From a virus (Duplodnaviria > Caudoviricetes), in the IMG/VR virus record IMGVR_UViG_3300025353_000004, positions 1-52,116 of that record: 52,116 bases of DNA, one strand, 5' to 3'. Below, in pieces: positions 18,037 through 25,769 of this stretch. The notes under the pieces are model-generated. The model was given only the letters and a program-made list of their open reading frames with translations. It ran no database searches and was not told the DNA's origin. Numbering within the stretch: the first letter of the stretch is position 1; every line of letters begins with the position of its first letter. The translations under genes were made by a program, and so were the position numbers.

Positions 18037-18052
18037 TGTTTCATGTGAAACA
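18037..18052. promoter_or_regulatory. parS: parS-like centromere site (host ParB)
   Basis: TGTTTCATGTGAAACA, one mismatch to the chromosomal parS consensus TGTTTCACGTGAAACA. Confidence 0.8.
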
Positions 18053-18080
18053 TTTTTTAAGTCAAAAACACGAATTTAAC

Positions 18081-18095
18081 TGAGAATTGTTCTCA
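18081..18095. promoter_or_regulatory. Fur-box-like 7-1-7 palindrome
   Basis: TGAGAAT-T-GTTCTCA versus TGAGAAT-N-ATTCTCA. Confidence 0.6.
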
Positions 18096-18111
18096 TTTAG
18101 CCGTTTTTCTT

Positions 18112-18122
18112 GTTTTACATAA
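18112..18122 (-). promoter_or_regulatory. XerD-arm-like half site
   Basis: Minus strand TTATGTAAAAC versus the XerD arm TTATGTTAAAT; no good XerC arm. Confidence 0.4.
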
Positions 18123-18150
18123 TACTTTTTTCATTCGGAAAACCCTTATA

Positions 18151-18163
18151 AATCAAGGGCTTA
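18151..18163 (+). promoter_or_regulatory. IHF consensus site
   Basis: AATCAA-GGGC-TTA matches WATCAA-N4-TTR, with AT-rich DNA upstream. Confidence 0.55.
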
Positions 18164-18443
18164 CGGCATTTTTCTAATGCTATTTATACGCAATTTTTTA
18201 ATGAGCGAGCGCGGTCGCATTTGCGCGGGCGCTAGAATAGCCCCGCCGCCGGTTTGCCAATAGAAAAGGGCGCAATATTAGGGCGGCATTAAGCCGCGCC
18301 AATAGAGCGCCCGCAAAATACGGCATTAAATAGCGCGGGCGATATTCTCGCAAATAATCCGCGCCCCTTTAGAGCGCTCAATACTTGCGACAATAGCCCG
18401 CTAAGGGCGCGGCAATGCGCCGCCGCCCCTAAGCTATTGAGAG

Positions 18444-18469
18444 AAAAGAAAAAGCCGCCATAAGGCGGC
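18444..18469 (-). terminator. Intrinsic terminator of the leftward early operon
   Basis: GCCGCC-UUAU-GGCGGC followed by UUUUUCUUUU on the minus strand. Confidence 0.8.
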
Positions 18470-18486
18470 ATTGTTTAATTGTTTAC

Positions 18487-19245
18487 TTAATAGCGCCCTT
18501 CTACACTTAACCAAAAATCCTCTTTTAGCGCTTCGCGGCGCTCGCGGGCGCTGATAATTTCGGCGCGATATTCGCGCAATTTATCGGTTAACGCGTCGCA
18601 AATTGCGCCCGCTAAATCAATGCCCGCCCGCCGTTGCGCTTTAATAGCCACAATGAGAGCGCGCGCCATTTTGCGGGCTTCGCTAATTTGCTCGGCTAAA
18701 TCATCGCGAATTTGCTCGGCTTGAAATTGCGCGTCGGCTTCGCGCCCTTGCTCGGCTTCGCGCTCGGCTATGCTATCAGCGCGGCGGGCGGCATCATATA
18801 TAGCCCCTTGATTTTCTAAATTTTCGCCGTCATTCGGGGCAAATTGCCCTTGTGAAAAGTAGATTAGGGCTATATCGCTTTCACTATAAGCAATAGCGGG
18901 GCAAATAAAAACGCCGCGCCGCCCCGCTTTAATTTTGACAATATAGGGTTTAACTATTTCGCGCTGAAAGCTATCGGCATAATAGCCGGTATATTGAAAG
19001 CGGCGCGGGCTTATATCTTCAATTAGCGCGGCATTATACCCCGTGAGATCATACGCGCTTAAATCGCCGCTTTTATTGTAAAAATTGGCGCTATCATACG
19101 CGATATAGCCCCGCCGTTTATATTTCACTTGATGATTAAGCGCCGCCGCGTAAGCGCCCGCCGGATTATGCACCGCCCATTTTTCAGCTTGTTTTTTTAC
19201 GCTCGCAAGCCGCGCCGTTAATTGATAGCTTATAGAATTGCTCAT
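18487..19245 (-). CDS. Hypothetical early protein with C-terminal coiled coil
   Basis: 252-aa ORF, GAGG RBS, ends just before the terminator. Confidence 0.75.
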   Translation of the reverse strand: MSNSISYQLTARLASVKKQAEKWAVHNPAGAYAAALNHQVKYKRRGYIAYDSANFYNKSGDLSAYDLTGYNAALIEDISPRRFQYTGYYADSFQREIVKPYIVKIKAGRRGVFICPAIAYSESDIALIYFSQGQFAPNDGENLENQGAIYDAARRADSIAEREAEQGREADAQFQAEQIRDDLAEQISEARKMARALIVAIKAQRRAGIDLAGAICDALTDKLREYRAEIISARERREALKEDFWLSVEGRY

Positions 19246-19273
19246 TTTTTAGCCTCTATTCTAAAAACGGGCA

Positions 19274-19328
19274 AAATTACCCGCCATTAGCCCCGCGCTT
19301 AATGCTTAGGGCTAATAGCTGATAATTT
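19274..19328 (-). other. Intergenic 19-bp RNA hairpin (RNase III-site-like)
   Basis: AAAUUAUC-A-GCUAUUAGCCC...GGGCUAAUGGC-G-GGUAAUUU; G-U pairs form only on the minus strand. Confidence 0.5.
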
Positions 19329-19555
19329 TAGGCTTCAATATTTACTATAATTTTTTCACGCCCTTGCATGACGTATAGCGAGCCAATATTAGAATAAATA
19401 CGGCAATAAACCCGCCGCCATTTTTCAGCGTGGAAAATCTTATATTGTGTAGGAATTTTTGAGCCGTAACCCGAAGCCGTATAATTTAAGCCCATTTTTT
19501 GCCATTCTAGCGGCTCGCGTTTAACTTGCGCGCCCGCAAAATATAGGGCGCTCAT
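19328..19555 (-). CDS. Hypothetical early protein
   Basis: YTASGYGSKIPT...WRRVYC..YSN motif; ATGA coupling. Confidence 0.7.
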   Translation of the reverse strand: MSALYFAGAQVKREPLEWQKMGLNYTASGYGSKIPTQYKIFHAEKWRRVYCRIYSNIGSLYVMQGREKIIVNIEA

Positions 19556-19710
19556 TCTAAATTCTCGCTTTCAATTTCGCGTATTTTAAAATATTCGATT
19601 ATTTCGCCATTTTCTAATTGCTCGGCTATTGCATCATATATCCAATTATTTTTTAAAATATAGCCGTTATCATCTAGCGCAATTTTTAACTTAATCTCAT
19701 AATTTTTCAT
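19552..19710 (-). CDS. Hypothetical 52-aa acidic protein (not in ORF track)
   Basis: MKNYEIKLKIALDD...ESENLE; ATGA overlaps at both ends. Confidence 0.6.
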   Translation of the reverse strand: MKNYEIKLKIALDDNGYILKNNWIYDAIAEQLENGEIIEYFKIREIESENLE

Positions 19711-19976
19711 TCTAATAACCCCTTAGCTATCATAATTTTTTGATCGAATTCTTTTAGCTCATAATTTTCTAATTGAATTAGCATAAATTCGGGCGGCGTT
19801 GATGCTTCGCGCTCATTTTCGCCGCGCCGTAAGCCGTCGGCTATTAGCTCGGCATATTCGGTCAGTTTTTCTAATGCTTCGCGGCTTTCTAAAAAAGCCC
19901 CTAAAATGGCGGCTTGCTTAATATCGCCGCTATTGTGCGCGGCTTTTTCTAATTCTGTTAAATGGATAATATTCAT
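19707..19976 (-). CDS. Hypothetical early protein
   Basis: AGGGG RBS; ATGA coupling. Confidence 0.65.
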   Translation of the reverse strand: MNIIHLTELEKAAHNSGDIKQAAILGAFLESREALEKLTEYAELIADGLRRGENEREASTPPEFMLIQLENYELKEFDQKIMIAKGLLE

Positions 19977-20152
19977 TTTTCGCCCCTTAAATTTTGGGCT
20001 TCAATCTCGCGGATAATCTCTTGCGCTTCGGTTATCTCTTCCCGATCACTCCAATATTGCTCACCGCTCGGCTCTTGATCGTCTAAATAATAATCGGCAA
20101 AATCGGATAATCGGCATAAAGTATTGAATTGCTTTTTTGTGATTTTTATCAT
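19973..20152 (-). CDS. Hypothetical 59-aa acidic protein (not in ORF track)
   Basis: MIKITKKQFNTLCRLSDFADYYLDDQEPSGEQYWSDREEITEAQEIIREIEAQNLRGEK; fills the operon gap exactly. Confidence 0.6.
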   Translation of the reverse strand: MIKITKKQFNTLCRLSDFADYYLDDQEPSGEQYWSDREEITEAQEIIREIEAQNLRGEK

Positions 20153-20153
20153 T

Positions 20154-20435
20154 TTATTTAATCCCCTTCATTGTAGAATTGAGCGCTTCGCATAAATCCG
20201 CAAGGTTATAAATAGATCCGAAAATAATCCCGCCGCCAAATTGCTTATTGTGAAATTTTCGCCCGCCTAATTTGCGCGCCCTTGCAAGCGCTAAATTATA
20301 TTTTCTAGTGATAAAATCGCCCGAATAATCGGCATTTTCCGCCGGTGTATTGAGCGCTAGAAAGTGAATACAATAGCGCGGATTACCATTACTATCATTA
20401 TTCATTCTTGAAAAATCGGATTGTGAGATTGTCAT
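20154..20435 (-). CDS. Hypothetical early protein
   Basis: NDSNGNPRY...GGRKFHNKQFGGGI motif; operon packing. Confidence 0.7.
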   Translation of the reverse strand: MTISQSDFSRMNNDSNGNPRYCIHFLALNTPAENADYSGDFITRKYNLALARARKLGGRKFHNKQFGGGIIFGSIYNLADLCEALNSTMKGIK

Positions 20436-20437
20436 TT

Positions 20438-20626
20438 TTAAGCCCTTTCCAAATATATAGCCATTAAATTATTCGCGCATTTTTCGCATATTGCACAATA
20501 GCCGCGCGCTGTCATTTCATCTAAAATTATCGCTTCGCTATCATTTTCGGGGTTATCAATATCCCAAAATAGATCGGTTACCCTCTCAATCGCGCCGCAA
20601 GAGTCACAATTATTTAAATCGCTCAT
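20438..20626 (-). CDS. Small CxxC...CxxCxxC zinc-binding protein
   Basis: CDSC and CAICEKC; operon packing. Confidence 0.6.
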   Translation of the reverse strand: MSDLNNCDSCGAIERVTDLFWDIDNPENDSEAIILDEMTARGYCAICEKCANNLMAIYLERA

Positions 20627-20628
20627 TT

Positions 20629-21522
20629 TTAAACCCCTTCAATTAGTTTTAATTCTTGCGCCATTTTTTCAATTTGATCCCATGCGATAACGTGACAGCC
20701 GACGATCAAATTTTCCCCGTCAAAACTATTAAAGCGATACGCGCCCAAATTGATATTGTGTAAACCGGCTTCAAGTTTGCCGCCGTTGCGTTTTGTGCGC
20801 GCTAATAAAGGGTAAATTTTGAGCGCATCGCTAACGGGTATTTTCGCGCCGCGCGTTGTTTCTATTTGCTCGCCCTTTATTCTTAATAGCGTATTGCTAA
20901 ATTGAAAGCCGTTAGTATTTACGCTTTCACCGGTTAGCCATAAAGCGAGCCGCTCGGCGCTTTCAAGCGCGGCAATTCTATTGTTTTCGGCTTGTTTAAT
21001 AGCTCTCTTAGCGTCGCGCAATTTTGCCGCTTCACTTACATAAGCGCGGGCGGCTTTTTCGGCGTCGTTGTCTTTTATCCATTGTGGCGGCGGCGTTAGT
21101 GTAGCTTCGCAATAACTAAAAGCGGCGGCGTTATTCTCAAATAATTCACTTGCTAAATTGCCGCGTGTTATCTTACGGGTATTTTTATTAAAATCAGCGC
21201 GCAAGCGCTCGGCTCTATTTGCCCATATAGCAAGATTATGCGACGACGGGCGGCTCGGATCGTCGCAATATATTACTTGATAGCTATCAGGAATAGCGGC
21301 GCGGATAATGCCCTTATGTTTGCCCGTTGATGATGAGTAGCCGCGCGAAGTGAATAAAACTATATTGCCGTATTCGGGCGCGAAGCGCGCAACAGGAAAA
21401 TGCCGCCCATAACTATAGATTGTTTGCCCTTCAAATTCGATATTGCCCGCGCGCCCTTCATTTTGCGATTGAGAAGCCCATATATGGGAGGCTTCATTGT
21501 GGCTAGAAAATACCTTTTTCAT
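20629..21522 (-). CDS. Hypothetical early protein (297 aa)
   Basis: Long ORF with IYSYGRHFP and GCHVI motifs; AAGGGG RBS. Confidence 0.8.
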   Translation of the reverse strand: MKKVFSSHNEASHIWASQSQNEGRAGNIEFEGQTIYSYGRHFPVARFAPEYGNIVLFTSRGYSSSTGKHKGIIRAAIPDSYQVIYCDDPSRPSSHNLAIWANRAERLRADFNKNTRKITRGNLASELFENNAAAFSYCEATLTPPPQWIKDNDAEKAARAYVSEAAKLRDAKRAIKQAENNRIAALESAERLALWLTGESVNTNGFQFSNTLLRIKGEQIETTRGAKIPVSDALKIYPLLARTKRNGGKLEAGLHNINLGAYRFNSFDGENLIVGCHVIAWDQIEKMAQELKLIEGV

Positions 21523-21689
21523 AAAAACCCCTTAGCGTAAAAATAAACTGTTAAAACAAGGGCGCTTATAACGCCGCCCAAAATGCAAGCGCCGATAATT
21601 TCAAGCGCTGATACGTCATTTTTTTGGTTAATCCTATCGGCTTCGGCTTGTGCTTCGGCGTAAGATTTATACAGTTTTTGCTTTTCCAT
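21519..21689 (-). CDS. First early gene, small membrane protein
   Basis: C-terminal TM helix; directly downstream of a sigma70 promoter. Confidence 0.6.
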   Translation of the reverse strand: MEKQKLYKSYAEAQAEADRINQKNDVSALEIIGACILGGVISALVLTVYFYAKGFL

Positions 21690-21748
21690 TTTGCCCGCCC
21701 TTATCATTTAATTGTCTAAATTGTCATACGTTTTTAAGCGTATGAATA

Positions 21749-21778
21749 ATTATAAGCTGAATTATTTTTACTTGTAAA
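21749..21778 (-). promoter_or_regulatory. Sigma70-type early promoter
   Basis: Minus strand TTTACA-18 nt-TATAAT. Confidence 0.7.
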
Positions 21779-21980
21779 GCATTTTGTTGCATAAAAGCTA
21801 AATTATTTTCTAGGTGTTTACCCTTAGTTTTTATGGTCAAATTGTCTTTTTTTTTGCGGGGATTGTTGCGATATTGTCAAAATGGCGGGCGGGCTTAGGG
21901 CTATATAAGATAAGCTAAAAGCGGCTTTTATGGTTAAGATTGTCATTATAGGTATGCTATGTTTTAAGCAAGTTTTTATA

Positions 21981-22000
21981 TACTGTATAGATATACAGTA
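21981..22000. promoter_or_regulatory. LexA (SOS) box
   Basis: TACTGTATAGATATACAGTA, 19/20 match to TACTG(TA)5CAGTA. Confidence 0.8.
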
Positions 22001-22080
22001 GTATTTTGGCGTGTAGTTGTAGCGCTCAATATATCCGCCGGTGACAATGGACAATATGACAATGGAAAAATGCTGTTAGC

Positions 22081-22227
22081 TTAGGGATAAATGCTAATGA
22101 ATAAGGGCTTAATTCTTAATGCTAAATGCTAATGAATAAGGGCTTAATTCTTAATTCTTAATTCTTAATTCTTAATTCTTAATTCTTAATTCTTAATGCT
22201 AAATGCTAAATGCTAAATGCTAAGGGC
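22081..22227. repeat. Tandem heptamer array (21 units)
   Basis: Strict 7-nt register of TAAATGC, TAATGAA, TAAGGGC, TTAATGC and TTAATTC (seven in a row at 22144..22192). Confidence 0.9.
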
Positions 22228-22328
22228 AAAATCTACCCGCGCCCCGCTATGCTTTAATTTTTCAGCCCTTAGCCGCAAGCATTCAGCTATTAGCTAACGG
22301 CTAACGGGTGACAATCTAGCCCATTCTT

Positions 22329-22356
22329 ATTTGACATAACGTACGTTATACGCAAG
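22329..22356 (-). promoter_or_regulatory. dif: dif-like XerC/XerD site
   Basis: Minus strand CTTGCGTATAA-CGTACG-TTATGTCAAAT; 11-6-11 layout versus E. coli GGTGCGCATAA-TGTATA-TTATGTTAAAT. Confidence 0.75.
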
Positions 22357-22628
22357 CCGTCAAAAAATAGCCGTTTGCTGAATGCTTTTTATAGGGGGTT
22401 TTTTTGCCTATCAAAAAAGAAAAAGGGGGTCATTAATATCTAGTTACCCGATCAGCGGACTTTTTAGCTTTCAGAACACCGCAAAAAGTTCTTTTGCAAA
22501 ACGCAAAAAAATTTTAGAAAAATTAAAACTAAGTTAGTAAACACTAACATATTATGTCAAACAAGCCACTTGCAATCTATAAGGCTTATGCTAATATCGG
22601 TTTATCAATCAACTATAGGGGAGTAGTT

Positions 22629-23036
22629 ATGGCGCGTTTTACACCAGACCCAGTATTCTATTCAGTTGACCATAAGACCGATAAAATTACCGCTACGCAA
22701 GAAGATTTAGACAAAATCTACGATGCCGCTTACCGCGGGCTAACAGGTGACGCATTAGCTCTTTATTCAGGGTTTATGCCTATAGACTTTAATCGCTTAT
22801 GCCAATTTGATTCAAAAGCGGCGGATATGGTATTAACTGCCAGAGCCGCAAATCAAGCAGAACTTAGTGGCGCGCTAATGACTAACGCCTTAAATGGGGA
22901 TACTAAAGCGCAACATATTGCCTTGACACATTTGCATGGCTGGAAGCCCGCTAGACCAGAAGGTGAAAGCTCCAATGAAATCCGTATCATTGTAGAAAAC
23001 GCAGAAGCTCACATAAAACCGGGCGTAGATGGTTGA
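22629..23036 (+). CDS. terS: Putative terminase small subunit
   Basis: Immediately upstream of terL and overlapping it; helical protein with NGDTKAQ..L...HGW motif; GGGGAG RBS. Confidence 0.7.
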   Translation: MARFTPDPVFYSVDHKTDKITATQEDLDKIYDAAYRGLTGDALALYSGFMPIDFNRLCQFDSKAADMVLTARAANQAELSGALMTNALNGDTKAQHIALTHLHGWKPARPEGESSNEIRIIVENAEAHIKPGVDG

Positions 23037-24318
23037 TATTCGTAGGGTCAAATTACCAAAGTTACACGCTGGGCAAGTTGATCTGTACAAAGGGCAAACG
23101 CGACTCAACGTAGTACGCGCGGGCAGACGTTTTGGTAAATCTATCTTTGCTACATGGTTAGCCGCTAAAACAGCAATTTCAGGAAAACAAGTAGGTATCT
23201 TTGCCCCAGAGCATAAGCAATTAGCTGAAATTTGGGATGCTCTACGGGATACGCTTGATCCTGTGATTAGAAGCGCTAATCGTAATGATGCAACCATCAA
23301 GCTAATTGGTGGTGGCAAGATTGACTTTTGGACAATTTTGGATAATGAGTTAGCAGGGCGCGGGCGATCTTATGATTTAACGCTCATTGATGAGGCGGCG
23401 TTTACCAAAAGCCCCCAAATGAAAAATGACATTTGGTACAAGTCAATTAAACCAACAATGCTAACAACCCAAGGTATTACTTGGGTTTTTTCTACGCCTA
23501 ACGGGGTTGATCCTGATAATTTCTTTTGGGCGGCGTGTAATGAAACCGATTTAGGATTTAAAGAGTTTCATGCCCCAAGTTTGGCTAACCCTTATGTGCC
23601 ACCAGCAGAAATTGAATCTGAAAGATTACGCCAACATGAGTCTGTGTTCCGGCAGGAGTATCTTGCTGAGTTTATTGATTGGCGGTCTATCAGCCTGTTA
23701 GCTGTAGACAAACTGCTAGTAAATGAATTGCCTGTTCCTTATCCTACTCAAGTAGAAACTGTCTATGCGGTGATTGATTCTGCCATGAAAGCAGGTCAAA
23801 ACTTCGATGGAACAGCGGTGGTGTACTTTGCTCTTAACTCGCAAAGCGATCAGCCGTTAACAGTCTTAGATTGGGATATTGTGTCAATTGACGCCGCTAT
23901 GTTAGAGCATTGGATTCCATCTGTGTTCACAAGGCTAGAAGAATTAGCAAAGCAGACAAAAGCTATCTATGGCATTACTTCTACTTTTATTGAAGGAAAA
24001 GGGTCAGGTATTGTGCTATTGCAACAAGGTCAAAATAGGGGTTGGAACGTCCGTGAGATTGAACCTAAGTTCGTGCAAATTGGAAAAGATGATCGCGCTA
24101 TGAGTATTTCAGGTTACCATTTCAATGAAAAGGTCAAAATTAGCGAACACGCCTATTACAAAACAGTCCCCTTCAAAGGTGCAACTCGAAATCACTTGAT
24201 TACAGAAATGGCGGGATTTAGACTAGGAGATCCAGACATTAATAAAAAATCCAATGATTTATTAGATTGTTATGTCTACGGAGTTGCGGTAGGCTGTGGG
24301 AATAAACTGGGGTTCTAG
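23029..24318 (+). CDS. terL: Terminase large subunit
   Basis: AGRRFGKS Walker A, IDEAA Walker B, STPNG, FRQEYLAEF and nuclease DLLD motifs. Confidence 0.95.
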   Translation: MVDIRRVKLPKLHAGQVDLYKGQTRLNVVRAGRRFGKSIFATWLAAKTAISGKQVGIFAPEHKQLAEIWDALRDTLDPVIRSANRNDATIKLIGGGKIDFWTILDNELAGRGRSYDLTLIDEAAFTKSPQMKNDIWYKSIKPTMLTTQGITWVFSTPNGVDPDNFFWAACNETDLGFKEFHAPSLANPYVPPAEIESERLRQHESVFRQEYLAEFIDWRSISLLAVDKLLVNELPVPYPTQVETVYAVIDSAMKAGQNFDGTAVVYFALNSQSDQPLTVLDWDIVSIDAAMLEHWIPSVFTRLEELAKQTKAIYGITSTFIEGKGSGIVLLQQGQNRGWNVREIEPKFVQIGKDDRAMSISGYHFNEKVKISEHAYYKTVPFKGATRNHLITEMAGFRLGDPDINKKSNDLLDCYVYGVAVGCGNKLGF

Positions 24319-24354
24319 TGTTATTATGCAAAATATATTTCTAGGGAATAATCT

Positions 24355-25767
24355 ATGTCTGAAATAACCGTATCCAATACAGGCTTACCCTCCCCGCTGA
24401 TGGAGTTTCTCCAAGCGGAAGCAATAGAGCCGGGCAGTCCTGTAGGCTATCAGACTTGTAAAGCGATCTTTGAGTTTCACCCTTTAGCCGCTAAGATTAT
24501 TGAAAAACCGATTGTATTAGCCCTATCCAAACCGCGCATTTTGGCGATGGATGTACATCCAAAAGATATGCTGATTAAAGCGTTCCAAGATGAATGGGAC
24601 GATTTAGAAGCAACCAATGTAATCCGTGACGTTACATTTTTAAAGCGGGTTTATGGCGTAGCCGCCGTAATCTATGGCGCTGAAGGCGTCCCTACCGATC
24701 AGCCAATTGATCCTTGGGCGTTGCCTGACTTAGATATTTACTTTAATAAACTTGACCCGTTAAACCTTGCTGGCTCAACAGTCACCAATCAGAACCCTAA
24801 CGCGCCAGACTTTCAAAAGCCTAAGACGTTTATTACTGCGGCAGGTCAGCCTTATCACCCATCAAGAAGCTGTATTGTGTTTAATAACACGCCAATTTAT
24901 TTAGCGTATCAATCTTCTGGCTTTGGATTTACAGGTCGTTCTGTGTTCCAACGCGCCCTATACCCCTTAAAATCCTTTGTTCAGTCTATGGTGACGGACG
25001 ATTTGGTGACGTTTAAGGCTGGATTACTGGTTATTAAGCAAAAGCAATCTGGCTCAATCGTAAACCGCTTAATGCAAGTGGGCGCGGGGATTAAGCGCAG
25101 TATGCTCCAGCAAGGCACTACAGGTAACGTGTTGTCTATTGATGTGGATGAGGATATTGAGTCTATCGACTTGAACAATACCGATACCGCCATGACTACG
25201 GCTAGGGACAATATCGTAGCCAATATTGCGGCGGCGACAGAAACCCCAGCCATTTTGCTTAAAGATGAGGCATTTACCAATGCGTTTGCTGAAGGTACTG
25301 AGGACTCTAAAGCAATTGCCCAGTACGTTACAAGTCTGCGTAACGATATGCGCTCCTTATTTACGTTCTTTGACAAAATTGTTATGCACCGCGCATGGAA
25401 CAAACAGTTTTATGAGGCAGTTCAAGCTAAATATCCTGAAATGTACGCGGGAAAGACTTACGAAGAAGCTTTTTATGAGTGGAAAAACGCTTTCCGTCCA
25501 CTTTGGGAAAATTTAATTGAAGAAACCCCAAGCGAAAAAGTAAAAACAGAAGAAGTTAAGCTTAAAGGTATTACCGAAATGCTAAGAACTATTCTGCCTG
25601 TCATTAATCCTGAAAATAGAGCAATTGCCATTCAATGGGCGCAAGACAACTTATCTGAAATGCCAGATATGTTCAAAAGCACAATGCAACTAGATATTGA
25701 TGCTATCGCGGACTATGAGCCTCCGACTCCGCTAACTGCACCTACTGAGCCACCATCTAAGGATTAA
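24355..25767 (+). CDS. Portal protein (DUF1073-like)
   Basis: Follows terL; 470 aa; RVYG, HPSR and GFTGRSV motifs. Confidence 0.8.
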   Translation: MSEITVSNTGLPSPLMEFLQAEAIEPGSPVGYQTCKAIFEFHPLAAKIIEKPIVLALSKPRILAMDVHPKDMLIKAFQDEWDDLEATNVIRDVTFLKRVYGVAAVIYGAEGVPTDQPIDPWALPDLDIYFNKLDPLNLAGSTVTNQNPNAPDFQKPKTFITAAGQPYHPSRSCIVFNNTPIYLAYQSSGFGFTGRSVFQRALYPLKSFVQSMVTDDLVTFKAGLLVIKQKQSGSIVNRLMQVGAGIKRSMLQQGTTGNVLSIDVDEDIESIDLNNTDTAMTTARDNIVANIAAATETPAILLKDEAFTNAFAEGTEDSKAIAQYVTSLRNDMRSLFTFFDKIVMHRAWNKQFYEAVQAKYPEMYAGKTYEEAFYEWKNAFRPLWENLIEETPSEKVKTEEVKLKGITEMLRTILPVINPENRAIAIQWAQDNLSEMPDMFKSTMQLDIDAIADYEPPTPLTAPTEPPSKD

Positions 25768-25769
25768 CT

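Larger units (their letters stand above)
21711..22315. repeat. Inverted GACAAT iterons (putative replication origin)
   Basis: ATTGTC at 21711, 21720, 21841, 21873 and 21939; GACAAT at 22043, 22050, 22058 and 22310; orientation flips across an AT-rich centre. Confidence 0.55.

Noticed and set aside
22081-22227. CRISPR array
   Set aside because: Contiguous 7-nt units with no unique spacers. The Cas4-like nuclease at 9823 is a standard phage replication-module gene.
18093-22473. Inserted mobile element or chimeric assembly explaining the odd composition
   Set aside because: No transposase, integrase or flanking duplication; it keeps the genome's GCWGC/CCWGG avoidance and supplies the otherwise missing early operon. 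Read mapping should still confirm the junctions.
24355-25767. Anti-CBASS Acb1 label sometimes attached to DUF1073 proteins
   Set aside because: Position and size fit a portal; no paired HxT phosphoesterase motifs were seen.
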